From NCBI GenBank assembly GCA_963832165.1, contig CAWHTE010000004.1, forward strand, positions 608,001-672,000: 64,000 bases of DNA, given 5' to 3'. This document shows positions 1 through 10,014 of this stretch, in pieces. Within the stretch, counting starts at the first letter, position 1. Each line of letters opens with the position of its first letter. Below the pieces are notes generated by a model. It was not told the DNA's origin and did not search any database. It saw only the letters and a program-made list of their open reading frames with translations. The DNA comes from an uncultured delta proteobacterium (GTDB taxonomy: Bacteria; Myxococcota_A; UBA9160; SMWR01). The position numbers were made by a program, and so were the translations under genes.

Positions 1-978
1 GAAGTCCTCGGCTGGGTCGCGCGCGAGCTGCCCGGGCTCGACCGCGCCGCGCCCGCGGCCTCGTGGTGGATCGCATCGCTCGCACTCGCGGCGGGCGGGC
101 TCGCCGCGCGCTCCACCTCGGTGCGCGTGGCGGTGGCCATCGCGCTGGCGGCGCTGCTCGCGGCGGCGCCGCCCGCGCCCGTTTCACCCGCGCCGCCGCG
201 GCTCGTCGTGCTCGACGTGGGGCAGGGCGACGCCGCCCTCGTGCAGGGCGTGCGCGCCGCTGTGCTCGTCGACGCGGGACCCGCACGCGACGACTACGAT
301 GCGGGCGCGCGGCGCGTGGTCCCGGCGCTGCGCGCGCTGGGCGTCGAGCGGCTCGATCTGCTCGTGGCCACCCACGCGGATCTCGATCACCGCGGCGGGC
401 TGCCCGCGGTGCTGCGCGCGATCGCGGTGGCCGAGCTGTGGCTGCCGTTCGGGGGGCTCGGCGATCCCGGCTTCGCCGACACGCTGGCCGCCGCGCGCGC
501 GGCGGGCACCCGCGTGCGCGAGGCGGGCCGCGGGAGCCCGCGGCGCCGGATCGGAGAGCTCAGCGTGGATCCGTTGTGGCCTCCGGTGAGCGGCAGTGGC
601 TCCCGGAATCAGCGATCGCTCGTGGTGCGGATCTCGACGGACGGGCTGCGCGTCCTGCTGCCCGGCGACCTCGACATGCGCGCCGAGGCCCAGCTGCTCG
701 CGCTCGAGCCCGGCGCGGAAGCGGACGTGCTCCTGCTCCCGCACCACGGCAGCCGCAGCTCGAGCTCTGCGGCGCTGCTCGACGCGGTTGCACCGCGGCT
801 CGCGATCGCGTCGGCGCCCTGCCGGAGCCGGTTCGGGATGCCCCATCCCGACGTGCGCGCGCGCCTCTCCGAGCGGGGAGTACCGCTCGCGTGGACCGGG
901 CGCGACGGCGCGCTCGTGGTCGCGCTGCGCGGATCGCCCGCGCCGCGCGGTACGGGCGACCCCGCGCGCTGCCCGTAG
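1..978 (+). CDS. comEC: ComEC/Rec2 family competence protein, C-terminal part (metallo-beta-lactamase-fold domain); 5' end outside the window
   Basis: Frame open from base 1; TM segment followed by LDVGQGDA, THADLDHRGG, LLPGD, PHHGS and FGMPHP motifs typical of the ComEC MBL domain. Confidence 0.88.
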   Translation, partial: EVLGWVARELPGLDRAAPAASWWIASLALAAGGLAARSTSVRVAVAIALAALLAAAPPAPVSPAPPRLVVLDVGQGDAALVQGVRAAVLVDAGPARDDYDAGARRVVPALRALGVERLDLLVATHADLDHRGGLPAVLRAIAVAELWLPFGGLGDPGFADTLAAARAAGTRVREAGRGSPRRRIGELSVDPLWPPVSGSGSRNQRSLVVRISTDGLRVLLPGDLDMRAEAQLLALEPGAEADVLLLPHHGSRSSSSAALLDAVAPRLAIASAPCRSRFGMPHPDVRARLSERGVPLAWTGRDGALVVALRGSPAPRGTGDPARCP

Positions 979-999
979 GCGCGTTGCTACCGTCGCGCG

Positions 1000-2668
1000 G
1001 TGCAATCTTCGCGCAGTGGGCGGCCCGGGTTCGCCGAATGGACTGCACTCGCCGTGATTGCCTCCGGAGCGCTCGCGCTGCGACTCTGGAACGTCTCCGA
1101 GCTCGCCGCGCACGATCCGTTCTTCACGCGTCCCTCGGTCGACGAGCGCATGTATCACGAGTGGGCGCAGCAGGTGGCCGCGGGCGACTGGCTCGGCGAT
1201 CGCGTGTTCCTGAACGGACCGCTCTATCCCTACCTGCTCGGCGCGCTCTATGCGGTCGCAGGTCCCTCGCTGTACGCGGCGCGCGCGGCGCATGCGCTGA
1301 TCGGCACTCTCACCTGCGTGCTCACGTGGTGGGTCGGACGCCGGCGCTTCTCTCCCGCGGTCGCCCTCGGCGCTGCCGCGCTCGTCGCGGTGAGTCAGAT
1401 GCTCGTCTTCTACGACAGCGTGCTGACCGTGGACGCGCTGTGCGTACCGCTTGCGTTGCTCGCGGCCGGCAGCGCGATCGCGGCCGAGGATCGGCCGGGT
1501 TGGGGACGCTGGCTCGCCGCGGGCGCGATCACGGGGCTCGGCGCGCTCGCGCGCCCGAACCTGGTGCTCGTGGGCGTCCTGTGCGCGCTGTGGGCGGCCG
1601 TCCGGCAGCGCGATCGCGCGGTGCTCGCGCGCGCGGGCTGGCTCGCCGCGTTCGCGCTCGGCGTGCTCGTGTGCGTGGCGCCCGTGACCTGGCGCAACTA
1701 CGCCGTGTCGGGCGATTTCGTGCCGATCACCTACTCGGGCGGCATGAATCTCTTCCTGGGCAACAACCCGGACGCGCGCGGCACGTTCGGCGTGCCGCGT
1801 CTGTTCCCGCGCTCGGCCGCCGACGATCCGTGGGAGCAGCGCGAGGCATTCGAGACCACGGCGGAAGAGGTGCTCGGCCGCGAGCTGCGTCCTTCGGAAG
1901 TGTCGCGCTTCTGGTCGGGCGAGGCGCTGCGCTTCGTGCAGGAGTATCCGCGCGAGTGGGCGCGCCTTCTCTGGCGCAAGATCGAGCTCGCGACCAACGC
2001 GTTCGAGCCGTGGAACATCCGCTCGTACGCGCTCACGCGCGAGTTCTCTGCGCCGCTGCGGCTGCCGCTCGTGGGCTTCGGAATGATCGCGCCGCTCGCG
2101 CTCGCGGGGCTCGCGCTCACCGCGGCGCGCTGGCGCGAGCTCGTTCCGCTCTACGCCGTGCTCGCGATGGTGCTCGTCACGCTGCTCGCGTTCTTCGTGC
2201 TCGCGCGCTACCGGATCCCCGCGGTCCCCGTGCTCTCGCTGTTCGCGGGCGCGGCGATCGCAGAGGGCGCCGCGCGGCTGCGCGCGCGCACGGCCCGCGC
2301 CGCGCGCGCCGTGGCGCTGGCCGCGCTGCTGGCCGCGCTCGCAGGGGTGTGGGTCCATCGCGGGGTGGTGCGCGACGACCTCTCGATCGCCTACTTCAAC
2401 CTGGGCAACCGCTACCGCGAGCTCGTCCGATTGGCCGCGCGCGATCGAGAGCTACCAGCGCACGATCGCGGGCCGACCCAGCTACGTGTCGGCGTTCAAC
2501 AACCTCGCGCTCGTCTACGAGGCGACCGGCGAGCATGATGAACAGGCGCGCCTGACCTGGGAGCGCGTGCGCGAGCTCGGGAACGCCCAGGGCATGCCGC
2601 ACTACGCCGAGCGCGCCGATCGCCACCTGCGAGCGCTCGCGGCATTCGGAACGGAGGCGCCGGAGTAG
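1000..2668 (+). CDS. GT-C fold (ArnT/PMT, GT39/GT83-like) membrane glycosyltransferase with C-terminal TPR; +1 frameshift near 2425-2431
   Basis: DE motif (SVDERMY), PLYPYLL, LARPN, GGMNLFLGNNP, ARYRIP and many TM helices; TPR NLGNRYREL continues in another frame as WPRAIESYQRTIAGRPSYVSAFNNLALVY to the stop at 2668. Confidence 0.75.
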
Positions 2669-2675
2669 GGCGGCT

Positions 2676-3521
2676 ATGCTTGGCGTCGTGGACGACGACA
2701 CGCTCGCCGAATCGGTCTCGCGCGTGCCGGTCGTGCGCTTCGCGCGCGGCCGTGCCGAAGCCCAGCGCGATGCCGTCGCGCGCGAGGAGCCGCTCGAGAT
2801 CCAGATCGGCGGCACGCCGCTCGCGGTGGTGATGCGCACCCCGGGTCACGATGCCGACCTCGCGCTGGGCTTCCTGTCGAGCGAGCGCGTGATCGACTCG
2901 ATCGAAGACGTGCTCTCGGTGCGCCATTGCCGCGAGGCGCGCAGCCCCGAAGCCGCGGACAACGTGGTGCGCGTCGCGCTCGCGGACGGCGTCGAGGTCG
3001 ATTGGGAGGCACTGCGGCGCAACCTCTACGCGAGCAGCAGCTGCGGCGTGTGCGGCAAGGCGACGATCGAGAACGTGCTCGCGTGCGCGCCGCCGCTCGA
3101 CGATCCGGCGAGCTTCGCCGCATCGCTGTTTGCGCCGCTGCCGGAGCGGCTCGCGGGCGCGCAGCCGGGCTTCGCACAGTCGGGCGGGCTTCACGCGGCG
3201 GCGCTGTTCGATCGCGATGGGACACTGCTCGTCGCGCGCGAGGACGTGGGCCGCCACAACGCCGTCGACAAGGTGCTCGGCTACTGCGTGCGCGAGAAGC
3301 GCTGGCCGCTCGCGGGGCACGTGCTGCTCGTGTCGGGGCGGATCTCGTTCGAGATCGTGCAGAAGGCGCTCGCCGCGCGCCTGCCGCTCGTGGCCGGGGT
3401 GTCCGCTCCGTCTTCGCTCGCGATCGAGCTCGCCACGCGCGCGCGGATCGGGGTAGTCGGCTTCCTGCGCGGCAGCACGTTCAACGTCTACGGCGACACA
3501 TCGCGCGTTCGCTCCGCGTGA
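2676..3521 (+). CDS. fdhD: Formate dehydrogenase accessory sulfurtransferase FdhD
   Basis: EEPLEI, MRTPGHD, SSCGVCGK, GGLHAAALF, REDVGRHNAVDK, SGRISFEIVQKA motifs. Confidence 0.95.
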   Translation: MLGVVDDDTLAESVSRVPVVRFARGRAEAQRDAVAREEPLEIQIGGTPLAVVMRTPGHDADLALGFLSSERVIDSIEDVLSVRHCREARSPEAADNVVRVALADGVEVDWEALRRNLYASSSCGVCGKATIENVLACAPPLDDPASFAASLFAPLPERLAGAQPGFAQSGGLHAAALFDRDGTLLVAREDVGRHNAVDKVLGYCVREKRWPLAGHVLLVSGRISFEIVQKALAARLPLVAGVSAPSSLAIELATRARIGVVGFLRGSTFNVYGDTSRVRSA

Positions 3522-5770
3522 GCGAAGACCCGGCCGACCGCGCGGCAGCGGGCGGCTTCGCCGCAATCGCCTCGTCGCTGCGCCGCACGATCGCGGGTCC
3601 CGGGCTGCGGCGTGGCGTCGAGCTGCTCGCGCAGGTGAACCAGACGCGCGGCTTCGATTGCCCGGGGTGCGCGTGGCCGGAACCGCACGCTCGCGCCGCG
3701 ACCGAGTTCTGCGAGAACGGCGCGAAGGCGATCGCGCACGAGGCCACGCGCGCGCGCTTGTCGGCGGAGTTCTTCGCGCGCTGGTCGATTCCCGCGCTGC
3801 TCGAGCAGAGCGACCACTGGCTCGAGCAACAGGGGCGCCTGGTCGAGCCGCTGCACCGCGCTGCGGGCTCGGATCACTACACGCCCGTGTCGTGGGACGA
3901 TGCGCTCGCGGGGATCACGAACGGACTGTCGGCGCTGCGCCATCCCGACGAAGCGGTCTTCTACACGTCGGGGCGCACGAGCAACGAGGCGGCATTCCTC
4001 TATCAGCTGTTCGCGCGCTGCTTCGGCACGAACAACCTGCCCGACTGCTCGAACATGTGTCACGAGTCGAGCGGGGTGGGCCTCACGCCCGTGATCGGTG
4101 TCAGCAAGGGCACGGTGGGTCTCGACGATTTCGCGGTCGCCGACGCCATCTTCGTGATCGGACAGAACCCGGGCTCGAACCACCCGCGCATGCTCACGGC
4201 CCTGCAGGCTGCGAAGCGGCGCGGCGCGCGAATCGTCGCGATCAACCCGCTGCGCGAGCGCGGCCTCGTGCGCTTCACGCACCCGCAGGAGGCGCTCGCG
4301 TGGCTCGGGCGCGGCACCGCCATTGCGGATCTCTACCTGCAGGTGCGCGTGGGCGGCGACGTCGCGCTGCTCCAGGGCATCGCGAAGGCCGTGCTCGAGG
4401 AGGAGGATCGCCGGCCCGGGCGCGTGCTCGATTGGGCGTTCCTGTCCGCGCGCACGTCGGGATTCGCCTCGTATCGCGCGGCGATCGCGCGGCGCGACTG
4501 GGCCACGCTCGCGGCGAAGAGCGGCATTTCGGTCGAGCAGATGCGCGAGGCGGCCGCCGAGTATGTGCGCGCGTCGCGCGTGATCGTCTGCTGGGCGATG
4601 GGGCTCACGCAGCACAAGCACGGCGTCGCGAACGTGCAGGAGATCGTCAACCTGCTGCTCCTGCGCGGCAACCTCGGCGTGCCGGGCGCGGGCCCGTGTC
4701 CCGTGCGCGGGCACTCGAACGTGCAGGGCGATCGCACGGTCGGGATCACCGAGAAGCCGAGTGCGGCGTTCCTCGACGCGCTCGCGCGCGAGTTCGATTT
4801 CGAACCGCCGCGCGCGCACGGCTTCGACACGGTCGGCGCGATCCGCGCGATGCGCGACGGCCGCGCGCGCGCGTTCATCGGCATGGGCGGAAACTTCGCG
4901 GTCGCGACGCCCGACAGTGCGATCGTCGCGGCCGCGCTCGAGCGCTGCGATCTCACGGTGCAGGTGTCGACGACGCTCAACCGCACGCATCTGCGCTGCG
5001 GGCGCGAAGCCTACGTGCTGCCGTGCCTGGGCCGCACCGAGCGCGACACCCAGCACGCGGGTGAACAGTTCGTCACGGTCGAGGATTCGATGAGCGTCGT
5101 GCACCGGTCCGAGGGGCGGCTGGAGCCCGCGTCGCCGGAGCTGCGCAGCGAGGTCTCGATCGCGGCCGACCTGGCGCGGGTCGTGCTAGGGCCTCGATCG
5201 CCGGTGCCGTGGGGGCTGTTCGCGTCGAACTACGACCGGATCCGCGACGCGATCGAGCGCGTGGTGCCGGGGTTCGAGGACTACAACCGCCGCGTGCGCG
5301 AGCCGGGCGGGTTCGTGCTGCCGAGCGGCGCGCGGCGCCGCCACTTCGACACGCGCGACGGGCGCGCCCATTTCACGGTCCACGAGCTGCCGAGCGACGA
5401 GATCGCCGCGGGGCGCTTCCGGCTCACCACGCTGCGCAGCCACGATCAGTTCAACACCACGATCTACGGGCACGACGACCGCTACCGCGGAATCCGCGGC
5501 GACCGGCGCGTGGTGCTGCTGCACCGCGACGACCTGGCCGCCGCGGGGCTCGCCGAGGGCCAGCGCGTCGACCTGACCAGCCACTTCGGCGGCGAGACGC
5601 GCTGTGTGCGCGGCTTCCGCACCGTCGCCTACGACGTGCCGCGCGGCTGTGCGGCCGCCTACTTCCCCGAGGCCAATCCGCTCGTCGCGCTCGACAGCGT
5701 TGCGGACGGCAGCCACACGCCGACCTTCAAGTCGATCGAGGTGTCGATCGCGCCGAGCGCTTCGACGTAG
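3518..5770 (+). CDS. FdhF/YdeP family molybdopterin oxidoreductase
   Basis: GFDCPGCAWP, EFCENGAKA, YTSGRTSNE, NNLPDCSNMCHE, PVRGHSNVQG, RSHDQFNTTIYG; GTG start overlaps the fdhD stop (GTGA). Confidence 0.92.
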   Translation: MSEDPADRAAAGGFAAIASSLRRTIAGPGLRRGVELLAQVNQTRGFDCPGCAWPEPHARAATEFCENGAKAIAHEATRARLSAEFFARWSIPALLEQSDHWLEQQGRLVEPLHRAAGSDHYTPVSWDDALAGITNGLSALRHPDEAVFYTSGRTSNEAAFLYQLFARCFGTNNLPDCSNMCHESSGVGLTPVIGVSKGTVGLDDFAVADAIFVIGQNPGSNHPRMLTALQAAKRRGARIVAINPLRERGLVRFTHPQEALAWLGRGTAIADLYLQVRVGGDVALLQGIAKAVLEEEDRRPGRVLDWAFLSARTSGFASYRAAIARRDWATLAAKSGISVEQMREAAAEYVRASRVIVCWAMGLTQHKHGVANVQEIVNLLLLRGNLGVPGAGPCPVRGHSNVQGDRTVGITEKPSAAFLDALAREFDFEPPRAHGFDTVGAIRAMRDGRARAFIGMGGNFAVATPDSAIVAAALERCDLTVQVSTTLNRTHLRCGREAYVLPCLGRTERDTQHAGEQFVTVEDSMSVVHRSEGRLEPASPELRSEVSIAADLARVVLGPRSPVPWGLFASNYDRIRDAIERVVPGFEDYNRRVREPGGFVLPSGARRRHFDTRDGRAHFTVHELPSDEIAAGRFRLTTLRSHDQFNTTIYGHDDRYRGIRGDRRVVLLHRDDLAAAGLAEGQRVDLTSHFGGETRCVRGFRTVAYDVPRGCAAAYFPEANPLVALDSVADGSHTPTFKSIEVSIAPSAST

Positions 5771-5783
5771 CGGGCTCGTACCG

Positions 5784-7301
5784 TTACGCGGCGCGGTCGA
5801 TCCTGGCCAGTGCCGGGATCACGTGGCCATCGGTCTCCGGCAGCGCGACCCCGTGCAGCGCGGCCAGCGTGGGCGCGAAGTCGAGAATCGAGACGGGACC
5901 CACGGGTCCGCGCGCGACGTGGGGACCCGCCGCGAAGAACACGCTGTCGGGGGTGTGATCGCCCGTGCGGTTGCCGCGGTGCGCATGCTCGAGCGTGCCG
6001 ATCTTCGGCGACCCGACGCGGTCGATCGGCGCCTCGCGGTTCCACATCACGAAGAAATCCGGCAGCTCGGTGAGCCGCTTGCCCGCACATACCTCGTCGA
6101 CGCGCAGCACGTCGACCACCACGGGACGCCCCGTGTCGAGGTTGCGCAGGTCGAGCAGGTCGGAGCGGAGCTGCGCGAAGAACGCGTCGAAGGCGGCGCC
6201 GGGCTCGACGTGCCCGTGCGGCTCGCGCCCGACCAGGTTGACGCGGATCGCGCCCGCGAGGTCGTTGTGCGGCAGCGCGAAGCAATGCCGCCGTTCGCGG
6301 TCCCCGCGCAGTGCCGACTCCTCGATGTTGCGGACCGTCTTGCGCCAGCGCCGGCGCAGCTCGCGCGGCATCCGGCTCTTGAGCGCGCGCTTGAGGCGCG
6401 TGATCGAATCCAGCCGCAGCGGCGCCCGGGCCCCCTCGAGCCGGCGCAGGATTTCGTCGAGGATGTGGTTTCCGCCGTAGTTCGGGCCCATGCCCGTGCC
6501 CGAGAAGACGATCACATCGGCGTCTTCGCCGGCTGCGGCGGCGATCCGCCCGATCGCCGCGTCGATCGCCGCGTAGACGTCGCGCACGGGGTCGCCCACG
6601 AGCGCGGCGGCCGCGGCGTCGTGCATCGGGTGCGCCGCGTCGCGCACGTGCCAGCACTGGTGGCCCACGCAGTGCGGCTCCGCGAACACGGTCATGAACA
6701 GGTCCCACGGCTCCTGCGCGAGGAAGTGCAGCGCAGACGCCTCCTTCTGGCGTACGCGCGCGATCAATTGGTCGCGGAGCACGGCGTGCTCGGATGCGCT
6801 GCGCCCGCCGGGCTGATCGCACCTGGGCACGGGATCGCTGCCGAACTGGCGCACGAGGTCGGCGCCGAGCTCGTCGGGCCAGGTAGAGAGTCGCGAATAA
6901 ACCGGACCGTGTACGAGCCAGTCGACGGCGTGGATGCCGTTGAGACGCGGAGAGAGGCTGGCCTTCGGTACGTCGAACACGGCGACACGGCGCCCCGCCC
7001 CGGAGAGCACATCCCAGATCGTTGCCGCAGAGAGGTGGTCCGCGTCGAAGTGCTGGGCCTGATAGTCGGGTCCCATCTGGCGGTAGAAGTAGCGGCCGTG
7101 CCGCGCGGGCGTGACGCCGGTCGAGAAGCTCGGCCAGAGCGCTCCGCTGCCGAATCCCGGCAGATACTCGGCAATGCCCCAGGCACCGCGCTCTCGCAGC
7201 GCCGCGAGGTTCGGGAACAGGGCATCGTCGCAGCCCCGGAGCAGCAGGTCTCCCGAAGCCGCGTCGAGACCGATCACGACCGTGCGGGTTCGCGTTCCCA
7301 T
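5784..7301 (-). CDS. Alkaline-phosphatase superfamily (type I phosphodiesterase/nucleotide pyrophosphatase) protein, last gene of the EPS operon
   Basis: VVIGLDAA, WPSFSTGVTPARHG, HCVGHQCW, IRVNLVGREP, TGDH, DFAPT; ATG at 7301 preceded by GAGGAG. Confidence 0.8.
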   Translation of the reverse strand: MGTRTRTVVIGLDAASGDLLLRGCDDALFPNLAALRERGAWGIAEYLPGFGSGALWPSFSTGVTPARHGRYFYRQMGPDYQAQHFDADHLSAATIWDVLSGAGRRVAVFDVPKASLSPRLNGIHAVDWLVHGPVYSRLSTWPDELGADLVRQFGSDPVPRCDQPGGRSASEHAVLRDQLIARVRQKEASALHFLAQEPWDLFMTVFAEPHCVGHQCWHVRDAAHPMHDAAAAALVGDPVRDVYAAIDAAIGRIAAAAGEDADVIVFSGTGMGPNYGGNHILDEILRRLEGARAPLRLDSITRLKRALKSRMPRELRRRWRKTVRNIEESALRGDRERRHCFALPHNDLAGAIRVNLVGREPHGHVEPGAAFDAFFAQLRSDLLDLRNLDTGRPVVVDVLRVDEVCAGKRLTELPDFFVMWNREAPIDRVGSPKIGTLEHAHRGNRTGDHTPDSVFFAAGPHVARGPVGPVSILDFAPTLAALHGVALPETDGHVIPALARIDRAA

Positions 7302-8467
7302 GCGATGTCGCTCCTCGGAGTGGAAGTCGTCTTCTGGACGGTATCGATCATACGCCGCGCCACCGCGCCCCAGGTATAGCGGTCGCGCGCGCGCGCCTGG
7401 CCCGCGTCGCCCATGCGGCGGCGCAGATCCGCGTCGCGGAGCAGCTGGCCGAGATGGTTCGCGAGGCTGTCGACGTCGTCGATCTCGGAGAGCAGGCCGT
7501 GCACACCGTGATCGATCAGATCCGGCACCGCGCCGACCCGCGTCGCCACGATCGGCAGCCCGAAATGGAGCGCCTCGACGAACGCGACGCCGAACGGCTC
7601 GCGCCGCGTCGGCAGGCAGAACACGTCGGCCTGCTCGTAGTGTTCGTGCACCTCTTCGATCGGGCGGCGCCCGAGCACGCGAACGCCCGGGAGGTCGAGC
7701 GAGGGCTTGCAGCCCACGATCGTGAGCGTTGCGCGCGGGTGGCGGCGGCGGACGCGCTGGAACGCGGCGACGAGATCGGGTCCGCCCTTGCGGACCCAGT
7801 CCACGCCCACGAACAGGATGTTCTGGCCCGCGTCCCGGTGCGCGACCGTCTGCTCGGGCACGCGCACGTTCGATCCGCCCCCGACGCACACCACGTGCGC
7901 GGGATCGAGGCCGTACTGATCGACGAGCGAGGCCGTGACGTGCGCGCTGCGCGAGAAGACCAGGGTCGCGGCGTGGTAGCTCTCGCGCTCGAGTGCGATC
8001 CAGCGCGGCGAGCGCAGCGCGCGCGGGTCGAAATGGGGATAGCCGAGATTGACGAGGTGCGTGTGATCGGTGAAGACGAAATGGGGGATGCCCGGCGCGC
8101 GCGCGTCGAACAGCGACTGGATCTGGATCGTCCAGTCGAAGCCCTGCGCCTGGGCCCACTCGCTCGCGCGGCGGCTCATCCAGCGGAACATGAACGTGGT
8201 CCCGAAGAACGCCTGCCACGGCCGCACGCGGCGGGTCGCGAGCTTCCATCCGTGCTCGGCTGCGACGAACGCCGCGTTCGTGAGCATCGCCCTGCGATCG
8301 CTGCGCGCGAGCGCTTCGAGATCGAGCACGCAGACCTCTGCGTTGGGCAGCGCGGCCCGGAGCTCGTCGACGAGCAGCCGGTTCGGGATCGGGTGCGGCC
8401 CGATCCGCGAGAAGCCGATCCGAAGCGGCTGCGGCGACGCGCCGCTCTGTGCACGCGCGAGACTCAT
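7274..8467 (-). CDS. Glycosyltransferase family 4
   Basis: FVGVDWVRKGG and EPFGVAFVEA (EX7E) motifs. Confidence 0.9.
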   Translation of the reverse strand: MSLARAQSGASPQPLRIGFSRIGPHPIPNRLLVDELRAALPNAEVCVLDLEALARSDRRAMLTNAAFVAAEHGWKLATRRVRPWQAFFGTTFMFRWMSRRASEWAQAQGFDWTIQIQSLFDARAPGIPHFVFTDHTHLVNLGYPHFDPRALRSPRWIALERESYHAATLVFSRSAHVTASLVDQYGLDPAHVVCVGGGSNVRVPEQTVAHRDAGQNILFVGVDWVRKGGPDLVAAFQRVRRRHPRATLTIVGCKPSLDLPGVRVLGRRPIEEVHEHYEQADVFCLPTRREPFGVAFVEALHFGLPIVATRVGAVPDLIDHGVHGLLSEIDDVDSLANHLGQLLRDADLRRRMGDAGQARARDRYTWGAVARRMIDTVQKTTSTPRSDIAWEREPARS

Positions 8468-9987
8468 CGCCGCCGAGCCTGCTCCACGATCCGGTCGTAC
8501 TCTTCCTTGAACACGCGCCGCGCCCGTTCGGCGGGAACGAGGTACCCCTCGCGCAGGTGCTCGGCGTCCCAGTGGGACGGCCAGGTCCAGCCGTAGTGGT
8601 CGGCGAGCGTGGCGGACAGCACCGCGATTGCGAACGCGAGCACGAGCACGACCGCGATGCCGGGAACCGGCGGCAGCGGCCAGATCGCCTCGGGCGTGAC
8701 GGAGGCCTTCTGGATCACGCTGATGCTCGCGAGCTTCTCGTTGTCCATCTCGTGGGACAGGCGCGCTTCCTGGAGCCGCTTCTCGTAGGTGGCGTATTGC
8801 GCTTCGCCCGCGTCGCGGTCGCGGCGCAGCTGGCGGTGTGCCGACGAGAGCGCGGGCATCTGGTCGCGCTCGGCCTCGGACTTGGCGAGATCGGCCACGA
8901 GCTCGGCGCGCCGCTGCTGGAGCAGGCCGATCTGGGAGTCGACCTCGCCCTTGCGCGCACCGATGAACTGCTTCACGACGGCGAGCCGGCGGTTCGTGTT
9001 CTCGCGCAGGTGTCCCTTGACCTTCGAGGCCTCGAGCTCGAGCGCGAGCCGATCGCGCTGCGCCTGGGCGAGCGCGCTGTTCTCGTTGACTGCCGACATC
9101 CGCACCTGGGTGATCTGGGAGTCGATGGCGTCGATCTGCTGGCGGATCTCGCCGAGGTGCTGCGTGAGTGCGGCCTGCGGCGACTCTTCGGCGAACACGG
9201 GATGCGCGATCTCGAACTCGCGCAGCTCGGCCTCGGCCTTGTCGAGTGTCTGACGGTAGTCGGCCACGCGATCCTCGAGGAAGCTCGCGACCTCGGGATC
9301 GCCGAACGCGCCGAGGTGGGCCTCGGTGAACTTCTCGATCAGTGAGGTCACGGTGGACTTCGCGATCGCGGCATCGGGATGGCGGAAGCTCACCTGCAGC
9401 ACGTCCGCTTCGGGCAACGCGAGCACGACCAGCCCCTCGCGCAGGCGCGCGACGGACATGGCATGGACGGAGGAAGCGACCTGCTCGGCTTCGGGCTCTT
9501 CGGCGGACTCGGTGAGCTGCTCGGCGAGATCCGGGTACAGGTTGGGCAGACCGACTGCCGCCACGGCGCCCTCGATCACGGGCTCGCTGCGCATGATCGC
9601 GAGCTCCGAGTTGATCACGGTCTGCTTGTCGCGCGATGTCACGGCGCGCTGATCGCCGACCTGCGGCGTGTAGATCAGCTCGCGGCCGAACTTCACGAGC
9701 AGGAGCGCGGTCGATTCGAACTGCGGCGTCTGGAGCACCACCATGAGCCCGAGCACGACCGCCGTTCCCGCGAACACCGCTGCAAACAGCCGGAACTGGC
9801 GCTGGATCAGCGCATAGATCTCGCGGAGCTGGGCCTCGAAGCGGTCGATCGAGCGCAGGTTCGATCGCCGCGGCATGTACGTCGGTTGAGGAGCTTCCGC
9901 GAGCCGGCGCAACGCGTCGGCGAGGCCCGGCGTCCGGACGGGCATCCGTTCCTGCTCGGGCCGCTGGTTGGGGTTGGGGGTCGACAT
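8464..9987 (-). CDS. Polysaccharide co-polymerase / chain-length determinant (Wzz/GumC-like, no kinase domain)
   Basis: N-terminal TM + TPQFESTALLLVK, INSELAIMRS, long coiled coil, Pro-rich motif + C-terminal TM. Confidence 0.85.
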   Translation of the reverse strand: MSTPNPNQRPEQERMPVRTPGLADALRRLAEAPQPTYMPRRSNLRSIDRFEAQLREIYALIQRQFRLFAAVFAGTAVVLGLMVVLQTPQFESTALLLVKFGRELIYTPQVGDQRAVTSRDKQTVINSELAIMRSEPVIEGAVAAVGLPNLYPDLAEQLTESAEEPEAEQVASSVHAMSVARLREGLVVLALPEADVLQVSFRHPDAAIAKSTVTSLIEKFTEAHLGAFGDPEVASFLEDRVADYRQTLDKAEAELREFEIAHPVFAEESPQAALTQHLGEIRQQIDAIDSQITQVRMSAVNENSALAQAQRDRLALELEASKVKGHLRENTNRRLAVVKQFIGARKGEVDSQIGLLQQRRAELVADLAKSEAERDQMPALSSAHRQLRRDRDAGEAQYATYEKRLQEARLSHEMDNEKLASISVIQKASVTPEAIWPLPPVPGIAVVLVLAFAIAVLSATLADHYGWTWPSHWDAEHLREGYLVPAERARRVFKEEYDRIVEQARRR

Positions 9988-10014
9988 GGGGTGCTCCTTC
10001 GGCCGGTGCGCGGC

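Noticed and set aside
63..2555. Long Arg/Ala-rich ORFs in the supplied track (e.g. 63-2555, 23328-25946, 51100-54267)
   Set aside because: Shadow frames typical of very high GC DNA; they overlap well-supported genes and show no motifs
3518..5770. Selenocysteine formate dehydrogenase
   Set aside because: No in-frame TGA; motifs match the Cys-containing YdeP-like subfamily
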